A DNA stretch of 64,000 nucleotides from Candidatus Sumerlaeia bacterium. Its GTDB lineage: Bacteria; Sumerlaeota; Sumerlaeia; SLMS01; JANRJK01. Shown one piece after another: positions 53,362-62,126 of this stretch. Each line of letters opens with the position of its first letter. Within the stretch, counting starts at the first letter, position 1. The stretch is taken from contig JANRJK010000017.1 of assembly GCA_033764015.1 (NCBI GenBank), forward strand, positions 32,001 to 96,000, read 5' to 3'. Under the pieces are notes generated by a model. The model saw only the letters and a list, made by a program, of their open reading frames with translations. It did not search any database and was not told the DNA's origin. The position numbers and the translations under genes are program-made.

Positions 53362-53382
53362 GCCCCCGCGCGGGGCGGGACC

Positions 53383-53982
53383 TCAGTCCTGCTCGAGGGC
53401 GACGTTCCAGTACGCGGCGTCGACGAACTTCGCCCAGACGGGGCGTCCGGGTCCGCGCAGCGAGGCGCGGAGCGTCGAGAACCACTGCGGGCGGCGCGGC
53501 TCCTTCATCAGCTTCATGCCGCTCTCGCGCACCAGCTTGCTGCCCTTCTTCGCGTTGCAGCCCTGGCAGGCGAGGACCACGTTCTCCCACGTCGAGCGCC
53601 CGCCCAGGCAGCGGGGCAGCACGTGGTCGATCGTCAGCTCCTCCCGCGCCGGGCGGCATCCGCAGTACTGGCAGGTGTTGTTGTCGCGGATGTAGATGTT
53701 GCGCCGGTTGAACTTCACGGAGCGCGGCGGGGTGCGGTGGTAGCCGACGAGCAGGATCACGTCGGGCACGAGGATCCGCAGGTTCGGGGTGTGGATGAAC
53801 CGGTTGCCGTGGATGTCGACATGCTGGCTGAACTGCGTCCAGGAGTCGAAGTTGTAGGTGACGTAGTTGTCGTCGACGACCTTCGCGAGGCCCTCGACCA
53901 CGAGTCCGACGGCGCGCTTCACGTTGGTGACGTGAATCGCTGTCCATCCGTTGTTGAGGACCAGAACCCCCTGATTCAGCAT
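53383..53982 (-). CDS. HNH endonuclease family protein
   Basis: VLVLN, RRNIYIRDNNTCQYCG, TIDHVLPR..GG.STWENVVLACQGCNAKKG. Confidence 0.92.
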   Translation of the reverse strand: MLNQGVLVLNNGWTAIHVTNVKRAVGLVVEGLAKVVDDNYVTYNFDSWTQFSQHVDIHGNRFIHTPNLRILVPDVILLVGYHRTPPRSVKFNRRNIYIRDNNTCQYCGCRPAREELTIDHVLPRCLGGRSTWENVVLACQGCNAKKGSKLVRESGMKLMKEPRRPQWFSTLRASLRGPGRPVWAKFVDAAYWNVALEQD

Positions 53983-54175
53983 GGTCGGCGCACTCCGTGG
54001 CGGCGGCGACGGATCGCGGCGCAAGAACGTCCTGCCGGCGGGCAGGACTCGATGCGACCAAGACCCTATCCACGCTCCAGAGAGGGGGGCGGGCTGCAAT
54101 CCTGTCGAGGCAAATCGCGCGTAGGAAAGCTGTGGATTGTGTGGAAAGACCCGTCGGGGCGCCAGATGCGGCGTC

Positions 54176-54913
54176 TCAGCCCCGCAGCGCCTTGCGCAAC
54201 CGGCCCGCCGCCTGCCCCAGCAGCACCAGCGACAGCACCAGGCAGATGACCCGGCCCACCACCAGGTCCTTCGCGGGCGCGGTCGGCATCCCGAGGAAGT
54301 TCAGCGGTTCCTGCCAGCGCTCGAACAGGTAGAACAGCGGGGCGAGCAGGCACGCACCGAGCAAGCCGCCCGCCCACGCCTGCACGAGGAACGTCCCGAG
54401 CCACGCCATCACGCCGACGACAAATAGGGAGTTGAGCAGCAGGCACAGCACCGCCCCCGCCGCGGGGAAGGCGCCGTCCAGGAACACCGAAACGGCCGCC
54501 ACGCCGGGCAGGATCGCCAGCCCGAGCGCCACCATCAGCGTAGTCGCCTTGGTCGCGACCAGCCGTTGCTGCGATCCGGTCGCGAGCCATAGGAGCTCGA
54601 AGGTGCCTTGGCGCTGCTCCGACGCATAGATCGGCGCGGTGAGCAGGATCGCCAAGGCGGCGTAGAATCGCGCGAGCGCGACATACCCCTCCTGCGCGGT
54701 GACCGGGGGGAAGTAGGCGAGGTAGCCGATGGCGAGCGCGAGCGGCCCCAGCATGAGCGCGCCATGCCAGCCGAGCACTGCGCCGAGCTGGAGCCGCAGC
54801 AGCCGCAGGCCGTCGCGGCGGAACTGGGGCCGGAGCCACAGCTTCGCGAGCCGCAGCCGCGTGCGGACCGCGCTGGCGATGGCGCCGTCGAGGGCGGCGT
54901 CGCGGGCGCTCAA
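54176..54913 (-). CDS. ABC-2 type permease-like membrane protein
   Basis: About six TM segments, EQRQGTFELLW motif; probable TTG start overlapping the ATPase stop. Confidence 0.72.
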   Translation of the reverse strand: MSARDAALDGAIASAVRTRLRLAKLWLRPQFRRDGLRLLRLQLGAVLGWHGALMLGPLALAIGYLAYFPPVTAQEGYVALARFYAALAILLTAPIYASEQRQGTFELLWLATGSQQRLVATKATTLMVALGLAILPGVAAVSVFLDGAFPAAGAVLCLLLNSLFVVGVMAWLGTFLVQAWAGGLLGACLLAPLFYLFERWQEPLNFLGMPTAPAKDLVVGRVICLVLSLVLLGQAAGRLRKALRG

Positions 54914-55812
54914 CCGGCCGCCTCCGCCCAAGTTTCGCCCGCCTCGCCGATGGCCCCCATGTAGGCGTCCTCCAGCGTGGCCTCCACCGGGCGGGCCGAG
55001 GCTCCGGGGGGGCTGGCGGCCAGGACCCGCGCCACCGCGCCGCCGGGGGCCGCTTCGATGCCGAGCAGCTGGCCCGGTCCGGGCCACGCGGCGAGCGCCT
55101 CGCGCCCCACGGGGAGCGCCCAGACCTTGCCGCGCACGCGCGCGGTTAGCTCCGCCGGCGTGCCGGTGAACAGCACGCGCCCCTTCGCGATCACGCCGAG
55201 CCTAGCGCAGGTGCGCTCCACGTCGCCCACGATATGAGTCGACAGGATCGTAACTCGGCCGGGCGCCAGCTCCGCCAGCAGGTCGCGGAAGAACACCCGC
55301 TCCTCCGGATCGAGGCCGGCGGTCGGCTCGTCCATCAGCAGCAGCTGGGGATCGTGCAGCAGCGCCAGCGCGACGCCGAGGCGCTGCTTCATGCCGCGGC
55401 TGTAGGAGGCGGCGTCGCGGCGGGCGGCGTCGACGAGGTTCACCCGCTCGAGGAGCGCCTCGATGCGCGGACGCATGGCGCGCGGCGAAAGGCCGAGGAG
55501 GAGGCACGCCTCCTCGAGCACCTCGACGCCGGTCTGGTGCGGAAGGAAGTCGAAAGCCTGCGGCATGTAGCCGAGCCGCCGCCGCCACTCGCGAGGCTGC
55601 CGCGCGACGTCGACGCCGTCGGCGAAGGCGATGGTGCCCGCCTCGAACCCGAGCCCGCCGGAGAGGATCTCCATCAGCGACGTCTTCCCCGCGCCATTGG
55701 GGCCCAGGAGACCGAACACACCTTCGCCCAGCTCCAGGTGGACGCCATCGAGCGCGCGGCGCAGGTTGCCGTAGATCTTCACTACATCGTGGATGCGGAG
55801 CGTGGCGGACAG
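54910..55812 (-). CDS. ABC transporter ATP-binding protein (start codon uncertain)
   Basis: GPNGAGKTS, YSRGMKQRLG, MDEPTAGLDPEER, LSTHIV. Confidence 0.88.
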   Translation of the reverse strand: MSATLRIHDVVKIYGNLRRALDGVHLELGEGVFGLLGPNGAGKTSLMEILSGGLGFEAGTIAFADGVDVARQPREWRRRLGYMPQAFDFLPHQTGVEVLEEACLLLGLSPRAMRPRIEALLERVNLVDAARRDAASYSRGMKQRLGVALALLHDPQLLLMDEPTAGLDPEERVFFRDLLAELAPGRVTILSTHIVGDVERTCARLGVIAKGRVLFTGTPAELTARVRGKVWALPVGREALAAWPGPGQLLGIEAAPGGAVARVLAASPPGASARPVEATLEDAYMGAIGEAGETWAEAAG

Positions 55813-55942
55813 GTCGGTGCTTCCCGGGGCGGGTATGCGAAGGGATACGCGCGGGGGGCTCCGCGCTTCAACCGCCGCGGCGCGCTTGACGCGCCCCGGT
55901 CCGGGGGGAACGCTCGCAGCCGAGGAATCCGCGTCCCGCCCG

Positions 55943-56794
55943 ATGCAGCAAGAACAGCTCGCCGAACAGCTCGCCGCAAGGCTTGAGCGCCCGATCCTCG
56001 CGATCCTCGCGGACCTCGACGGGGTGCTGACCTCCGGGACGCAGTGGCGCGTGCCGGCGGCGCTGTTCGCGCGGCTGCAGGCGTACGCCGACGCGCAGCC
56101 CGCCGATCCGGCGATCCCGCGGCTCGCCTTCAACACGGGACGCCCGCAGCCCTACGTCGAGTGCATGGCCCGCCACGCCCACGTGTCCCTCCCGAGCCTC
56201 TGCGAGCACGGGCTCGTGCTGTGGGGCCCCCCGGGGCACGAGCTGCTCGTGCACCCGAAGCTGCCCGCGTCCGATCTGGAGCGCATGGCGCGGGTGCGCC
56301 GCATCGCGGCGGAGCGCGCGGCGCTTCCGGGCTGCCGCTACCATCTCGAAGCGGGGAAGATCGCCGAGGTGACGCTGATCCCGCGGCGCCCCGTGCGCAC
56401 CGAGGAGCTGGTGCCGGAGGCGGAGGAGATCGCCGCGCTCGCCGGCGGGGGCGTGCGGATCGACGCCACCTTCAGCGTGCTGACCTTCATGCCGCCGCTG
56501 CTGGACAAGGGCGCGGGCATGGGCTGGTGGTGCGAAACGACCGGCATCCCCGCGGGCCAGGTGGCCGCCGTGGGCGACTCCTGGGTGGACTGGAGCTTCC
56601 TCCGCGAGGCCGCCGTCTCCTTCGCGCCCTCGAACGCGGTCGAGGAGATCCGCGCCCGCGTCCATATCGCCAGCGATTGCCGCTTCGGCGACGTGGTGCT
56701 CGAAATGTTCGAAGTGATCACCGCCGCGAACCGGCGGATCCTCGCGCGCTCCGGCGCCGAGGCACCCTGCGCCGGAGCGCCCCATGACGCCTGA
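55943..56794 (+). CDS. HAD-IIB family hydrolase
   Basis: ADLDGVL, NTGR, DKGAG, VGDSWVD, APSNA. Confidence 0.87.
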   Translation: MQQEQLAEQLAARLERPILAILADLDGVLTSGTQWRVPAALFARLQAYADAQPADPAIPRLAFNTGRPQPYVECMARHAHVSLPSLCEHGLVLWGPPGHELLVHPKLPASDLERMARVRRIAAERAALPGCRYHLEAGKIAEVTLIPRRPVRTEELVPEAEEIAALAGGGVRIDATFSVLTFMPPLLDKGAGMGWWCETTGIPAGQVAAVGDSWVDWSFLREAAVSFAPSNAVEEIRARVHIASDCRFGDVVLEMFEVITAANRRILARSGAEAPCAGAPHDA

Positions 56795-57926
56795 AACGCC
56801 GCTCGCCTTCGATTCCCTCGCCATCCACGCGGGCCTGCCGATCCCCGCGGACGGCTCGCCGGTGGCTCCGCCGATAGTCCTCTCGAGCACCTTCGAGCAC
56901 CCCGCCCCGGAGGACCTGGACCAGCGGCGCTACCTCTACGGGCGCTACGACAACCCGAACCGCAAGTCGCTCGAGGAGGCGCTCGCCGCGCTTGAGGGCG
57001 GCGCGGTGGCGTACGCCTTCAGCTCCGGCAACATGGCGACGCACGCGATGCTCCACGCGCTGCCGCCGGGCTCGCGGATCCTCTACCACCGCGACATCTA
57101 CAGCGGCACGCGCCGCGCCATGCGCGAACTTTGGCAGGGGCGCCTCGAGTTCGCCGAGGCGGACCTGCGCGACCACGCGGAGGCGGAGCGCGCCCTCGCC
57201 GAGAGGCCCACCGCGCTGCTGTGGATCGAGACGCCGAGCAACCCGCTGCTCCATGTGCTCGATATCGCCGCGCTCGCCGCGCTCGCGAGGCGCCACGGCG
57301 CGCACTCGCTCGTGGACAACACCTGGGCGACGCCGGTGCTGCAGTGCCCGCTCGCGCTCGGCGCGGACGTGGTGCTCCACAGCACTTCGAAGTACATCGG
57401 CGGGCATACGGACCTGATCGGCGGCGCGCTCGTGCTCCGCGGGGCGGGCCCGCTGGCGGAGTCGCTCCGCTCGATCCAGTTCCTCGGCGGGGGAGTGCCC
57501 TCGCCGTTCGACTGCTGGCTGGCGCGGCGCGGGCTGATGACGCTGCCGGTCCGCGTCCGCGCGCATGTCGAGAACGGGCGCCGCGTTGCGGAGTACCTCC
57601 GCGCGCACCCGAAGGTCTCGCAGGTCTACTTCCCCGGCTTCGCGGGACCGGCCGACGCCGCGCTCGTCGCGCGCCAGATGAAGGCGCCCGGCGCGGTGCT
57701 CTCCTTCCGCCACGCGGACGGCGACGAGGCCGCGTCGCGCCTCCCCGGCAAGCTCCGCCTTGTGCGCAACGCCACCTCGCTCGGCGGCGTCGAGTCGCTC
57801 CTCGAATGGCGTTACCCGTCGGAGGGGCCGAATTCGCCCACACCGAAGGACCTGCTGCGGCTGTCCGTCGGGCTCGAGGATCCGGCGGACATTGAGCGCG
57901 ACCTGGACCGCGCGCTGCGGGGGTAG
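56784..57926 (+). CDS. Cystathionine gamma-lyase/synthase family PLP enzyme
   Basis: YGRYDNPN, ETPSNP, DNTWATP, STSKYIGGHTD, TSLGGVESL. Confidence 0.9.
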   Translation: MTPETPLAFDSLAIHAGLPIPADGSPVAPPIVLSSTFEHPAPEDLDQRRYLYGRYDNPNRKSLEEALAALEGGAVAYAFSSGNMATHAMLHALPPGSRILYHRDIYSGTRRAMRELWQGRLEFAEADLRDHAEAERALAERPTALLWIETPSNPLLHVLDIAALAALARRHGAHSLVDNTWATPVLQCPLALGADVVLHSTSKYIGGHTDLIGGALVLRGAGPLAESLRSIQFLGGGVPSPFDCWLARRGLMTLPVRVRAHVENGRRVAEYLRAHPKVSQVYFPGFAGPADAALVARQMKAPGAVLSFRHADGDEAASRLPGKLRLVRNATSLGGVESLLEWRYPSEGPNSPTPKDLLRLSVGLEDPADIERDLDRALRG

Positions 57927-58014
57927 GGGCGCCAAGACGGTCGAATCAAGGCGTTTCGGATTGACGTGCGATGATGGTCGAGATTCGGACTTTGTCCATC
58001 AAGGGAGCCAACCA

Positions 58015-58692
58015 ATGCAAAGCAATGTCCGCCCCGGAAACTTTCTCACTCGAGCCGCCGAGCTGTCCGTCCCCGTCGGCATCATCGCCCTCCTCGCGCT
58101 ACTTGCTGGCGCCCGCTACGATGAAGCGACCACCCGCGCCAAGTACGCCCAAGTGATCAACGAACTTCGAACGCAGCACCGCGCGGTGGTTGCGTATGCG
58201 GCGGACCATTCGGAGTACCCGGTGATGACTTGGGCCGGTTACTTTGGCAATGCCGACAGGCTCACGCCGGACGGCGTGCCCGCGGTGGGAACCCTACCGA
58301 AAGGCATCACTACTCCCATCGCCTATCTCAATGGGATCCCCGAAGATCCTTTCCTAAGCGGGTTCCAGAACACCGCCAGAGCGCTCTACAGCTACCGCAA
58401 CATCGACACGCATGTTTTTCTATTCAACGTCGGTGCCATCGTGCCGATTCCCGGCCAGCCGGGCTTTCTCTACCGACCATTGAATCCGAGTCAGCAGAGG
58501 GCGTCGAAGAGGCAGATCGGCACATATGCGATACTTTCAGTCGGCCCCAACTTCGACGAGCAGTATCTGCCGCAGGCTTTCTCCACCAACATCGGAACGA
58601 ATGCCCTCTACGACCCGACGAACGGCACGGCCAGCAGCGGGCCGATCATGATCGGTGAGCGCAGCCGCGGCACCGTGTCGGGAGCATTCTGA
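58015..58692 (+). CDS. GspG/pilin-like protein with C-terminal YDPTNGTxSxG motif and degenerate N-terminal signal
   Basis: Hydrophobic N-terminal helix; AY..DH..YP, ITTPIAYL...P.DPF, SVGP, YDPTNGTASSG; GGGAG RBS. Confidence 0.72.
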   Translation: MQSNVRPGNFLTRAAELSVPVGIIALLALLAGARYDEATTRAKYAQVINELRTQHRAVVAYAADHSEYPVMTWAGYFGNADRLTPDGVPAVGTLPKGITTPIAYLNGIPEDPFLSGFQNTARALYSYRNIDTHVFLFNVGAIVPIPGQPGFLYRPLNPSQQRASKRQIGTYAILSVGPNFDEQYLPQAFSTNIGTNALYDPTNGTASSGPIMIGERSRGTVSGAF

Positions 58693-60632
58693 TGGGAACT
58701 TCAACTGGAAGGGGCCACACAGGATCGGCACTCAACATCGGTATCGCCGCAGCCATGCTGATCGGCGCAGCGCCGGTGTCCGCCACTCAAGTCCTTGTTT
58801 TCGACCCAGCCAACGCATCGGTGGCCTGGAAGTCCTCGGACGGCAATCGCGCGGGATTACTCTCCGCCGAGCTCCGCGAAGCGCCCACCGACGTCTGTCT
58901 CCTTCCCAACGGACGCCGGTTTGTCGTCGATCGGCGGGACGACGGCCTGGTGCATCTGCAAGAGCGGGACGGGGTGCAGATAGCCACTCTCACGCTCGAT
59001 CCCGGGTTTCGATTGCTGAACTGGGGGCCGGCGCTGGAGGCGAATTCCTGCGCGGTGCTGCTGGCGTCGCGGTTCACCGCCGCTCCGGTGCGTTATGGAA
59101 TCGTCCGCTTGGACGACGCCACCTCAAGCCTGGTGTTTGACCAGTTCGCCGCCGATCCGAGCTATGTGGGACTAGTGCCAGCCCTCACCAGCCCCATCAG
59201 CACGGACATCCTCCAGTTCGAAACGGATGCGCTTGCTTGCCAGATCACCGGTCGCCCGGCCGCTTGGGTGTTCATCGTCCGGCGCGACGGCACCTTCATC
59301 AATGTGGGCTTTCCCTACAGCCCGATGACGGAAGCTCCCGCGCTTACTCAGGCTCCCGGCGGACGCTTCCTCCTGACTCCCCGGCTGTCGACCGGGCTCA
59401 AGCACCTCTCCCTGATCGATGGCGCCGGCGCGGAAGTCCTCGGCGTCCCGACGAGCGCCCTTCCGAACTTCCCACTCCGCCCGCTCGCCTCCGCTTGGGT
59501 TGGCGATGACCTCTACCTCCTCGACCGCGCGGCGCTCTACCGCCTTCCCGGGTTCCCGGACGGGCTCACCCTCGAATCGATAGTCACCTTCACCCAAGGC
59601 GGCGAAGACGCGCTGCGCACCGATCTGTCTTCGGCCACGCAAGTCATCGGTGCCGACGACGGCACGCTCCGCCTGTACGATCCGGTCCACCAAGGGATCG
59701 TCTCCGTCGATCCGGCAACGGGGAGCGTGTCGCAGGCGCTTGCGCTCCTCGACATGGGCGGGGGCGAACGCATCGGCATCCTGGACGACATGCTGCGGGA
59801 TTCCCAAGGCGACCTCTTCCTCCTCACTGGCACGGAGGAGTTCCCTCGCATCCTCGAAGTGATTCCCTCGACCGGCTACCGAAAGCTGACGGCGAGGCTT
59901 CCAAGCGTCTCTTGGGAGCCCTACTTCTTCCGCGCCCCGTCCGGCTTCGTCATGTTCCAGCCGGCGCCGAGCGATACCGACAGCAGCGATGCATCTCGCT
60001 TCCTTGTTTCGCACCTGGTCATTCCACAACCCGGGGGCGACGCATTGGTCGCTCAGGCCGAACGCATCGCGACCGACGGCGTCGTGCTCGATTGGGCGGC
60101 GGACCCGGTCGCGGGCGGCCATTTCCTCTTCGCAGGGCGCGGGGTGCGGCAAGTGTGGCAGGTTTCCGGGGCCGGAGCCTTCACACAGCTTTGGGCAGCC
60201 GATCCCGGAGTGTCCGGGGCGGGCCAGCGGGTCTCGCGGATCACCAGCACGCCCGCCGGCAAGATTCTACTGCTGGACCTTGCGGAGCCCCCCGCCATCC
60301 GCGAACTCCTGACGGACCCGACGCCGGCGCTTGGCGCGCCGGTGCCGCTCCAGCTCGGCAGCCCGGAGGAGGACCGCGCCACGTTCCGCCGCGTGTCGGG
60401 CATGGTGGCCGTTTCGGAGGATGAGGTTTACTTCACCTTCGTCGGCGACGACCAGGTGTACGCCGCGCCGCTATCGACCGGCGTGCTGTCGTCGATCGGC
60501 TCCGGCGTTCCTCCGGAGGTCGCGGCGTTCGAGGAATTGGGCCCGGCCTCGGGGCCTGCGCTCCGGTTAGTCCGAGCGGAGGGCTTGCAGCTTCCTTCCG
60601 GCAGTGCGGGTAGCTGGACGCTGTACGAGTAG
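58692..60632 (+). CDS. Secreted beta-rich (propeller-like) hypothetical protein ending SAGSWTLYE
   Basis: Signal peptide; repeated short beta strands (DGTLRLYD, QGDLFLL, AGKILLLD); TGATG overlap with the upstream gene. Confidence 0.65.
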   Translation: MGTSTGRGHTGSALNIGIAAAMLIGAAPVSATQVLVFDPANASVAWKSSDGNRAGLLSAELREAPTDVCLLPNGRRFVVDRRDDGLVHLQERDGVQIATLTLDPGFRLLNWGPALEANSCAVLLASRFTAAPVRYGIVRLDDATSSLVFDQFAADPSYVGLVPALTSPISTDILQFETDALACQITGRPAAWVFIVRRDGTFINVGFPYSPMTEAPALTQAPGGRFLLTPRLSTGLKHLSLIDGAGAEVLGVPTSALPNFPLRPLASAWVGDDLYLLDRAALYRLPGFPDGLTLESIVTFTQGGEDALRTDLSSATQVIGADDGTLRLYDPVHQGIVSVDPATGSVSQALALLDMGGGERIGILDDMLRDSQGDLFLLTGTEEFPRILEVIPSTGYRKLTARLPSVSWEPYFFRAPSGFVMFQPAPSDTDSSDASRFLVSHLVIPQPGGDALVAQAERIATDGVVLDWAADPVAGGHFLFAGRGVRQVWQVSGAGAFTQLWAADPGVSGAGQRVSRITSTPAGKILLLDLAEPPAIRELLTDPTPALGAPVPLQLGSPEEDRATFRRVSGMVAVSEDEVYFTFVGDDQVYAAPLSTGVLSSIGSGVPPEVAAFEELGPASGPALRLVRAEGLQLPSGSAGSWTLYE

Positions 60633-60678
60633 CCCGGCCCGCCTGGGTAACCCCGTGGGGCGGCGCCCCGCCCTCCCG

Positions 60679-61419
60679 CTAGCCCGTGGCCGCCAGCACC
60701 CCGGCGCCCGGCTGCGGCGCGTACATCGCGCCAGCCAGGAAGTCCTCCGTCCAATCGGCGCCGAAGCAGCGCGACAGGAACGGCCGCCCGGGCGTGTGGC
60801 GGCAATGGTGGGCCTTGTAGTCGGCGAGTTCCGCGGCGTCCTCCACCGGCGCGGGGGCGCCGGTCCGCGCGACGAGGCCGGCGAATTCGCCCAGATAGTC
60901 GTCGAAGGCGTGTTCGAGCACGCGGCGCTCGAGCGCCGTCTCGCGGAGCTGGAACACGGCGGAGCGGGTGAAGTGCGGCCGGCACCATTCGGGGTACTCG
61001 CCGTCGTGCAAGAGGCGCGCGTGCCGCGATGCGAGGCGCGCGAGCGCGGCACGCGCGGCCGGACAGCGGGCGCCGAGCTGGAAGTCCACGACCGCGGCCC
61101 GCACCACGCTGCCCATGAACACGTACTCGCTGGCGAAGACGGGATGCGCCTCCGGGTCGTCGGGAAAGGCGAGCAGCGAGAAGATCTCGATCCGCGCGCT
61201 ATCGATGCCGGTGAAGCGGAGGACGCCGAAGCCGGGGAACGACACCTCGGCGAAATTCAACGCCACGGTGGTGCTGGCGGAAGCGCTGCCGAGCGTCGAA
61301 AAGCTGCGCGGCGAGAGTTCGCCGCGGAGTCCCGCCCCTTCGAGGGCGTCCCATGCGCGGAGCAGGTAGCGCAGCGATGCGCGCGGCCGCAGCGCCGGCG
61401 CCGGTGCGGGCGGCGTCAC
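60679..61419 (-). CDS. Ferredoxin-dependent bilin reductase family homologue (PebA-like)
   Basis: PGF..LRFT.ID, IFSLLAFPD...HPVFASEY...AAVVDFQ, HFT, AFDDYL, PG..FLSRCFGADWTEDFL follow the recalled PebA motif order. Confidence 0.72.
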   Translation of the reverse strand: MTPPAPAPALRPRASLRYLLRAWDALEGAGLRGELSPRSFSTLGSASASTTVALNFAEVSFPGFGVLRFTGIDSARIEIFSLLAFPDDPEAHPVFASEYVFMGSVVRAAVVDFQLGARCPAARAALARLASRHARLLHDGEYPEWCRPHFTRSAVFQLRETALERRVLEHAFDDYLGEFAGLVARTGAPAPVEDAAELADYKAHHCRHTPGRPFLSRCFGADWTEDFLAGAMYAPQPGAGVLAATG

Positions 61420-62126
61420 GCGGGAAGCAGCTCCGTTGCGAGGAGGCGGAGGTTCGAGCGGACCGCGGGCGCGAGCGCGGCGGGGTCGAACTCGTCGTTT
61501 AGTTCGATGGCGCGCTTCAGTCCATCGTCATGCGGGAGGAAGGCGCCTGAGAGCACGGGCCGCAGGTAGGTTTGGAGGAACTTGTCCACCGCGGAGGCCA
61601 ACGGCGTTCCGAGGCCGGCGCCGGTGGGGACCACGCGCGCTTGGAACTCGCGCCCCGGACGCGCGCGCTGGTCCTTCAGCTCATCAAGGAACCCGAGCAG
61701 CGTGCGCAGCATCACCGCGTTGGCGGGGACCGGTACGACGACTTGCGTCGCGGCGCGGAGGAGCCCCGGCATGTCGCCGACCGGGACTTGCGGCAGGTCC
61801 ACGATGGTTACGCCGGGCTCCTCGCCGGTGGGCAGCAGGAAGTCGCCCGAGGAGTCCTCGCCGATGCCCACAACGGCGGGGAAGTGGGTGGCGTAGACCG
61901 GCAGCGTGGCGTGCGAGCCCGCCTGACGGGCGCCGGTGCGGGCGACGATGCCGCGGTGACGGAAGAGGGCGAAGCCGGAAGGTCCGCCCGCCGGCGCCGC
62001 GTCGACCACAAGGACGGAGCGCCCGGCGGCGGCGACCTCCATGGCCAGGAGCGCGGCGAGCGTGGACTTCATCGCGCCGCCGACGTGCGAGCAGACGAGC
62101 CAGAGCTCGCGGCGGGGAGCGCTCAC
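61416..62126 (-). CDS. Degenerate ParA/MinD-like P-loop protein
   Basis: SHVGGAMKST in place of KGGxGK[ST]; VLVVDA, IVDLP, VVVPV; GTG start overlapping the upstream stop. Confidence 0.72.
   Translation of the reverse strand: MSAPRRELWLVCSHVGGAMKSTLAALLAMEVAAAGRSVLVVDAAPAGGPSGFALFRHRGIVARTGARQAGSHATLPVYATHFPAVVGIGEDSSGDFLLPTGEEPGVTIVDLPQVPVGDMPGLLRAATQVVVPVPANAVMLRTLLGFLDELKDQRARPGREFQARVVPTGAGLGTPLASAVDKFLQTYLRPVLSGAFLPHDDGLKRAIELNDEFDPAALAPAVRSNLRLLATELLPA

Noticed and set aside
53383..53982. HNH gene as a mobile element or defence system
   Set aside because: Common stand-alone HNH type; no flanking repeats, methylase, cas or intron context
54066..54147. DnaA-box-like words (ctatccacg, tgtggattg, tgtggaaag) upstream of the HNH gene
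   Set aside because: Each has two mismatches, with no AT-rich unwinding element and no dnaA/dnaN nearby
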